A DNA stretch of 64,000 bases, taken from the NCBI GenBank assembly GCA_964524025.1, contig CAZGBT010000003.1:602-64601 (forward strand), given 5' to 3'. Source of the stretch: an uncultured archaeon (GTDB lineage Archaea > Aenigmatarchaeota > Aenigmatarchaeia > CG10238-14 > EX4484-224). Below the pieces are notes generated by a model that was not told where the DNA came from, searched no databases, and saw only the letters and a program-made list of their open reading frames with translations. How positions within the stretch are numbered: position 1 is the stretch's first letter; the number at the start of each line of letters is the position of its first letter. Position numbers and translations under genes: made by a program. Shown here one piece after another: positions 60,801 through 64,000 of the stretch.

Positions 60801-63602
60801 GTACGTTAGATTAACTAAGTAAAAACCCGATCTTGTTAAGGCTGGTATCGTTAGGTTAGCAGAAAATGTACAACTATTATTTATTGAGATGTTTCCGCAG
60901 AATTTGTAAGTTAAATTGGCTTGCCAATTAGCTGGTAAATAGAGTTTAAAATAGGAATTGAAAGCAGTCACGTTTCCTATATTTGTCACATTTCCAAATA
61001 GCTCGAACCAGTCTGATTGATAAGCTGTTATTGTGGTTGAAGTATAATTTGTTGGGGTAAGGTTAAACTCTACTTTGGCACCAGAAACTGTTACGTTAAG
61101 ATATAGCCAATCGTAACCATTATTGGAGGTTGTTACATTCAATATTCCGCTATAATTTCCTGGCGGATAGCCAGCTGGAATTGTAATGTTTATTTGAATA
61201 GATTGGACCTTTCCTCCTTCTAGGCTTGTTATATTTGGTATGAACTCGAACTGGAAATCTTCTAGGCCTATTACTGTAAATTTAATTCCTTCTATTGGGT
61301 CGTTACCAGTAGAATTTAGAGTAAAATTGCCTAAGATAGATTCTCTTCCTCGACCGACTATATTATACACATGGGTCTCTGGTATGTGGAAAGAGGGATT
61401 AGAAGTTACAATAACGGTAAAATTGGAAGACGTTGAATTTGTTGAGTTATCTGTGTTCCTCCATTTAGCTATTACAGTAACATTATAAGAACCAGATCTG
61501 GTTAAAGTTGGAATCGTTATGTTAAATGCCTTAATGCAATAACCGCTTATCGGTATTAATCCGCATTCTTCAAAAGTAGAATTTGCTTGCCAATTATTTG
61601 GCAAAATTATCGTTACATTAACATCGTAAGCAGTTCCGTTCCATGTATTATAAACTTTTACTTTGAAATCGAACCAGTCTGATTGATAAGCTGTTATTGT
61701 GGTTGAAGTATAATTTGTTGGGGTAAGGTTAATAGCTAAATAGGTTACGTAATCGTCTGCAGAAAAAGTATCTTCTCCATCCCCCCAGTTACCGTCTCTC
61801 GAAGCATTACAGGTTAAAATATAAAGACCTGGCTCTGACGGTGCCTTAAAGGAATAAAGATAAGTCCCATTATTGTAATCTGTAACGTTCCCATTAGCAT
61901 TTGTTTCATCGAAATAACAAACTATAGTACAATTAGGAAGAAGTGTGTCATTTCTGTAGTTCCTCACCTCTACACTTGCATTTATAGTCCTATTTATGAG
62001 ACCATACTCGTTCAAGACTTTTACAAAAACGTTTAGCAAATTAGTGACGTTAAAAGATGTTGTATTTTTTCCTAAAAAGGTTCCAGATGAATCATAAGCT
62101 CTCAAAGTTATATTCCAAATTCCTGTAGAATCGCTTTCATTTATTACAAAAGAACCAGTAAATAACTTGTCTCCAGCCACTTGATCAACGCCTGTCCCGT
62201 TATCATAAAGCAATATCCAAAAATCATCAGATTTATCTGGAGTTCCTCTATCTATGGTTGCATTAAGATAAGCTGTTAAATTGTAAGGATCATATGTTAT
62301 GTTAGCAAAAATTACTACCTCTTCCTTCCTGTTATATACAGGATATTCAGTATAAGGAATAAAACTTACTGATAAGTATTCTGGATTAGATAGGATTTTC
62401 TTAAATGGTTGTCTGAAACCTTCTAAAATTTTATTCAAAAATTCGCTAACGGCGTCACCACCGCCGAAAGTCGAAAAGTAAACGCATGCTTTTTCAGAAA
62501 TTTGCGTTATATAAATTGTATTCAAATGAATTCCTGTTCTTCCAGCCTCTGGAGAGTCTAAAGCATAGAAATTAGTAGTACCAGTTTCATTAAGATTTAT
62601 AACGCCCAAAACCTCTCCTCCAAAACCTCTTGAATAAGCGTAAGAGTATGGGTCTGAAGAATCGTAATATCTAATTATAACTTCTTCGCTTTTGAAAGTT
62701 CTATTAACGTCAAAAGCTAAAGCCCCTGCTTTAGTCGAATTTCTAGTAGCACTTCCGTTTAGCAATTGTTCAATTAATATAAAACTACCATAAGCTTGGG
62801 GTCCGACTTTCTCGTAGAAATAATAAATTTTCTTTCCAGTTAATTCTCCACTTTTCTGATAAGGATTTCCGAGGATTACTTCGTCACCATAAATTTCTAT
62901 TTTTATTCTTACGGGCCCGCTAGTAATAATAAAAGATGATGCATTTATCGTAAAGTTGTAAGTTCCATTCGAGTATTCTATGTATTCAGCAGTTCTTTCA
63001 TTAGAAGGTATGTCCTTAAAAACTGTACTAAGTCCATAATCCTGAACTTGATATATTCCTGTTGTATAATCTCCTCTTGATAAATCTATGAAATACATAA
63101 AGTAAGATGTATTAACTCTAATTTCATCACCTACTACCGCATAAGAAAGTTGGGTTGAATAATTTGCTTGCTCCTTCTGACCATTCTCTAAAATATCAAA
63201 ATAAACATAAAAGATTCTTTTCTGATTTAAAGGAGTCGTTCCGTTTGCTATGAAGATTAGAGTTCCATAAGCATTAGATGTAGCGTTAAAATTATCTGCT
63301 TTTTCAAATTGATAAGGAATTTCGTAAAGAAACTCGCCAGAAGTTATGTTGTATTCTATAACTCTAATAGAATTTTCGTCAAAAGTACCGCTCATACCGA
63401 GTTGCTCTATAAGTTTTGTAAAGTTTATATCTGTTTCTATAGGCCAATTAGTTCTTTCCACCCCTGTTGAATTAACCTCTATTCTTACTCTAAAATACCA
63501 GCTTGTATTCCACCATTCATAAGTTACTCCACTCACAGGAATAGCTAAAAATGTTAGAACTATAGGAATTAAAAATATTGCTATTTCTTTTTTAATTTCC
63601 AT
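57846..63602 (-). CDS. Giant envelope protein (1918 aa) with a signal peptide, many beta-sandwich repeats dense in N-x-S/T, a Pro-rich linker, a C-terminal TM helix and a 76-aa cytoplasmic R/E coiled-coil tail
   Basis: N-terminal IAIFLIPIVLTFLAIPVSG. Linker PVPVAPPPAPPAVPPV. TM helix LWLIILLISIAVVLIFVVFFAV, then KWKHKLIEFEEKIRPRIEELRK...LRKRLEELTV. Confidence 0.8.
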   Translation of the reverse strand: MEIKKEIAIFLIPIVLTFLAIPVSGVTYEWWNTSWYFRVRIEVNSTGVERTNWPIETDINFTKLIEQLGMSGTFDENSIRVIEYNITSGEFLYEIPYQFEKADNFNATSNAYGTLIFIANGTTPLNQKRIFYVYFDILENGQKEQANYSTQLSYAVVGDEIRVNTSYFMYFIDLSRGDYTTGIYQVQDYGLSTVFKDIPSNERTAEYIEYSNGTYNFTINASSFIITSGPVRIKIEIYGDEVILGNPYQKSGELTGKKIYYFYEKVGPQAYGSFILIEQLLNGSATRNSTKAGALAFDVNRTFKSEEVIIRYYDSSDPYSYAYSRGFGGEVLGVINLNETGTTNFYALDSPEAGRTGIHLNTIYITQISEKACVYFSTFGGGDAVSEFLNKILEGFRQPFKKILSNPEYLSVSFIPYTEYPVYNRKEEVVIFANITYDPYNLTAYLNATIDRGTPDKSDDFWILLYDNGTGVDQVAGDKLFTGSFVINESDSTGIWNITLRAYDSSGTFLGKNTTSFNVTNLLNVFVKVLNEYGLINRTINASVEVRNYRNDTLLPNCTIVCYFDETNANGNVTDYNNGTYLYSFKAPSEPGLYILTCNASRDGNWGDGEDTFSADDYVTYLAINLTPTNYTSTTITAYQSDWFDFKVKVYNTWNGTAYDVNVTIILPNNWQANSTFEECGLIPISGYCIKAFNITIPTLTRSGSYNVTVIAKWRNTDNSTNSTSSNFTVIVTSNPSFHIPETHVYNIVGRGRESILGNFTLNSTGNDPIEGIKFTVIGLEDFQFEFIPNITSLEGGKVQSIQINITIPAGYPPGNYSGILNVTTSNNGYDWLYLNVTVSGAKVEFNLTPTNYTSTTITAYQSDWFELFGNVTNIGNVTAFNSYFKLYLPANWQANLTYKFCGNISINNSCTFSANLTIPALTRSGFYLVNLTYYWEDIGEGTKSLTRSVNVTITSNPSFYIPENYVYNQVEQNKESILGNFTLNSTGNDPIEGIKFTVIGLEDFQFEFIPNITSLEGGKVQSIQINITIPAGYPPGNYSGILNVTTSNNGYDWLYLNVTVLTNKTWTMHPTHCEANFTVPEGLMCVVRVNNTGNLPINFTITPREGNKTWVNVTNFTLNPQESYVFGVYYNVTGAELKFYNSTFKVDALDIDASPDFMLLTTVINPYVGPLINVSVFPGKIEQTGHIDIYANITDRSGYGIEWVRINVTRPNGTIDSLNMTLVEQYDDKHSLWYIQYPGTKGDTSLRGIYEIIVYSKDKVGITTQSESKFYVYAKLVVFLSTYQEEYPPGSDGRFFYRVFDYTDNPLGNVSVTIKIYDSLQNLTYESNFTTNEEGYINPLPSFRITSDAPLGNYTLIAFSSYWDNIVNHSSNSEDLYVFKVSGTAKVSLESLYVDVETTVVWYPNNVMKFSIIVYNISGLPVDPEQLNLTVKDPAGNLYLFATIDEMDRVATGYYIYKYAMPSDTPTGAYTAYVTAYQDGKFTQRVAMFRVSAGGPYDVRIKLLEKEVSPGETLPFEIYIENQGEVSQDVDLEYWVEGANDTWYYASEAIYMPALSNKTLLRSVYIFSDQPLGTYYLKVKLTYDPVKPPILKWESFRVVTKVPVPVAPPPAPPAVPPVARLIIWRFPSEISIEGGWTRYIIFYLNNTGSVVLHKIELAILGAPANWFTFIPSKIELLEPGKSIEIRLKISPPKVNYSKFYNASLLVISNETTTKKSFKFNLFKSREELLAYEIAKLEKRLKELINQTDYKEKLGYDVSAVRSIIEEIKTQIKVAKDYLKRKKFDECAATLIVISNLIDRGFYLLSIAPKIKVITVPAPPLWLIILLISIAVVLIFVVFFAVKWKHKLIEFEEKIRPRIEELRKIRVARMPEEVRKERERLERVLRVLEREYREGLISARAYEELRRKLRKRLEELTV
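60421..61732. repeat. Tandem 666-nt (222-aa) duplication inside the giant envelope gene
   Basis: 60421-60678 matches 61087-61344 (258 nt, no mismatch seen by eye). 61003-61066 matches 61669-61732. The stretch between these blocks is strongly diverged. Confidence 0.85.
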
Positions 63603-63796
63603 ACTATCTTCCTCCCAATACCTCGTTTCGTTTTCTCGACGCTTTCTTCTACTAGGTCTAAAGCTTTTAGCTTATAGCAATAAAACCTTGCTGTTGCCCA
63701 CGAAACTTTAAGCTTCTTCGCTATTTGGTAAGTAGAAAGAGGCGATGCTCTAAGAAATTCGATTATTTTTCTTTCGATTCCAGAAATTTTTGACAC
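63581..63796 (-). CDS. Small wHTH DNA-binding protein (71 aa), first gene of the envelope operon
   Basis: IIEFLRASPLSTYQIAKKLKVSWATARFYCYKLKALDLVE. 22-nt overlap with the giant gene. Confidence 0.6.
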   Translation of the reverse strand: MSKISGIERKIIEFLRASPLSTYQIAKKLKVSWATARFYCYKLKALDLVEESVEKTKRGIGRKIVWKLKKK

Positions 63797-63870
63797 ATTT
63801 TATATTAATATATCAATAGATTAATACATTGATATAGTGAGATATTGATATCTCAATATATTAATACAAA
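63797..63870. promoter_or_regulatory. Divergent promoter/operator candidate with repeated boxes
   Basis: Three ATTAATA(T/C)A boxes at 63804, 63820 and 63860. An 8-bp inverted repeat TGAGATAT-TG-ATATCTCA at 63838-63855. TATA-like TTTATATTAATA. Confidence 0.3.
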
Positions 63871-64000
63871 AGCCGTTATAGATATAGGAGCTACTTACAT
63901 AAGATTCGGCAAAGGGGAAGAGAATGGGACTTTTTTACTCAAAAAGAAAGTTAAAACAGAGAAAAGAAGCGTAAGAAATTTTTTAGAACAACTAAAGAAA
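63845..64000 (+). CDS. Partial ASKHA/ROK-like sugar kinase N-terminus (continues beyond the window)
   Basis: KAVIDIGATYIRFGKG resembles the phosphate-1 motif of ROK/glucokinase-type kinases. The only candidate start is a TTG at 63845, and the 3' end is truncated. Confidence 0.35.
   Translation, partial: MISQYINTKAVIDIGATYIRFGKGEENGTFLLKKKVKTEKRSVRNFLEQLKK

Overview
AT-rich, very gene-dense archaeal chromosome segment. By eye it is roughly one-third G+C (not computed). Stop/start overlaps of the ATGA, TGATG and TAATG kind are frequent. The structured RNAs are GC-rich and the proteins are rich in K, E and I, which suggests a thermophile with a compact genome, possibly DPANN- or Nanoarchaeota-like. 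Taxonomy cannot be settled from this window.

Housekeeping content:
- RNA processing: RtcB plus archease, and RNase P RNA.
- Translation: PheRS alpha and beta, TrpRS, ribosomal protein S6e, aIF2-gamma.
- Replication and repair: RFC small subunit (carrying a 612-aa intein), RFC large subunit, Orc1/Cdc6, TatD, endonuclease IV.
- Transcription: the conserved PIN / Rpo7 / Spt4 block.
- Five tRNAs: Val-UAC, Pro-UGG, intron-containing Ile-UAU, initiator Met, Pro-GGG.
- Sec61-beta, which is below the 60-aa cutoff of the ORF track.
- A glycolysis and glycogen cluster: TIM, class I FBP aldolase, two GH57 enzymes, debranching enzyme, cupin PGI, glycogen synthase.

Main second-look items:
1. aIF2-gamma is interrupted inside its P-loop by 33 nt that carry an in-frame TGA and a perfect 26-nt palindrome. 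The insert folds as a relaxed bulge-helix-bulge motif. Cutting at the positions that geometry predicts restores a canonical GHVSHGKTT P-loop, so this is a candidate endonuclease-spliced mini-intron in an mRNA.
2. A roughly 12.5-kb minus-strand operon (63796 to 51280) encodes a small wHTH protein, a 1918-aa glycoprotein-like envelope giant with a cytoplasmic coiled-coil tail, a membrane HExxH protein, a MinD/ParA ATPase, a 56-aa membrane protein and three consecutive all-coiled-coil proteins. A smaller wHTH / MinD / surface-protein module lies nearby at 47956 to 44845. Together they suggest an uncharacterised envelope-cytoskeleton apparatus.
3. A tightly coupled five-gene operon encodes a secreted transglutaminase-like protein, an EF-Tu-like GTPase, a degenerate ATP-grasp, a RimK-type ATP-grasp and an N-formylglutamate-amidohydrolase-like protein.

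No rRNA genes, CRISPR arrays or recognisable IS elements were seen.
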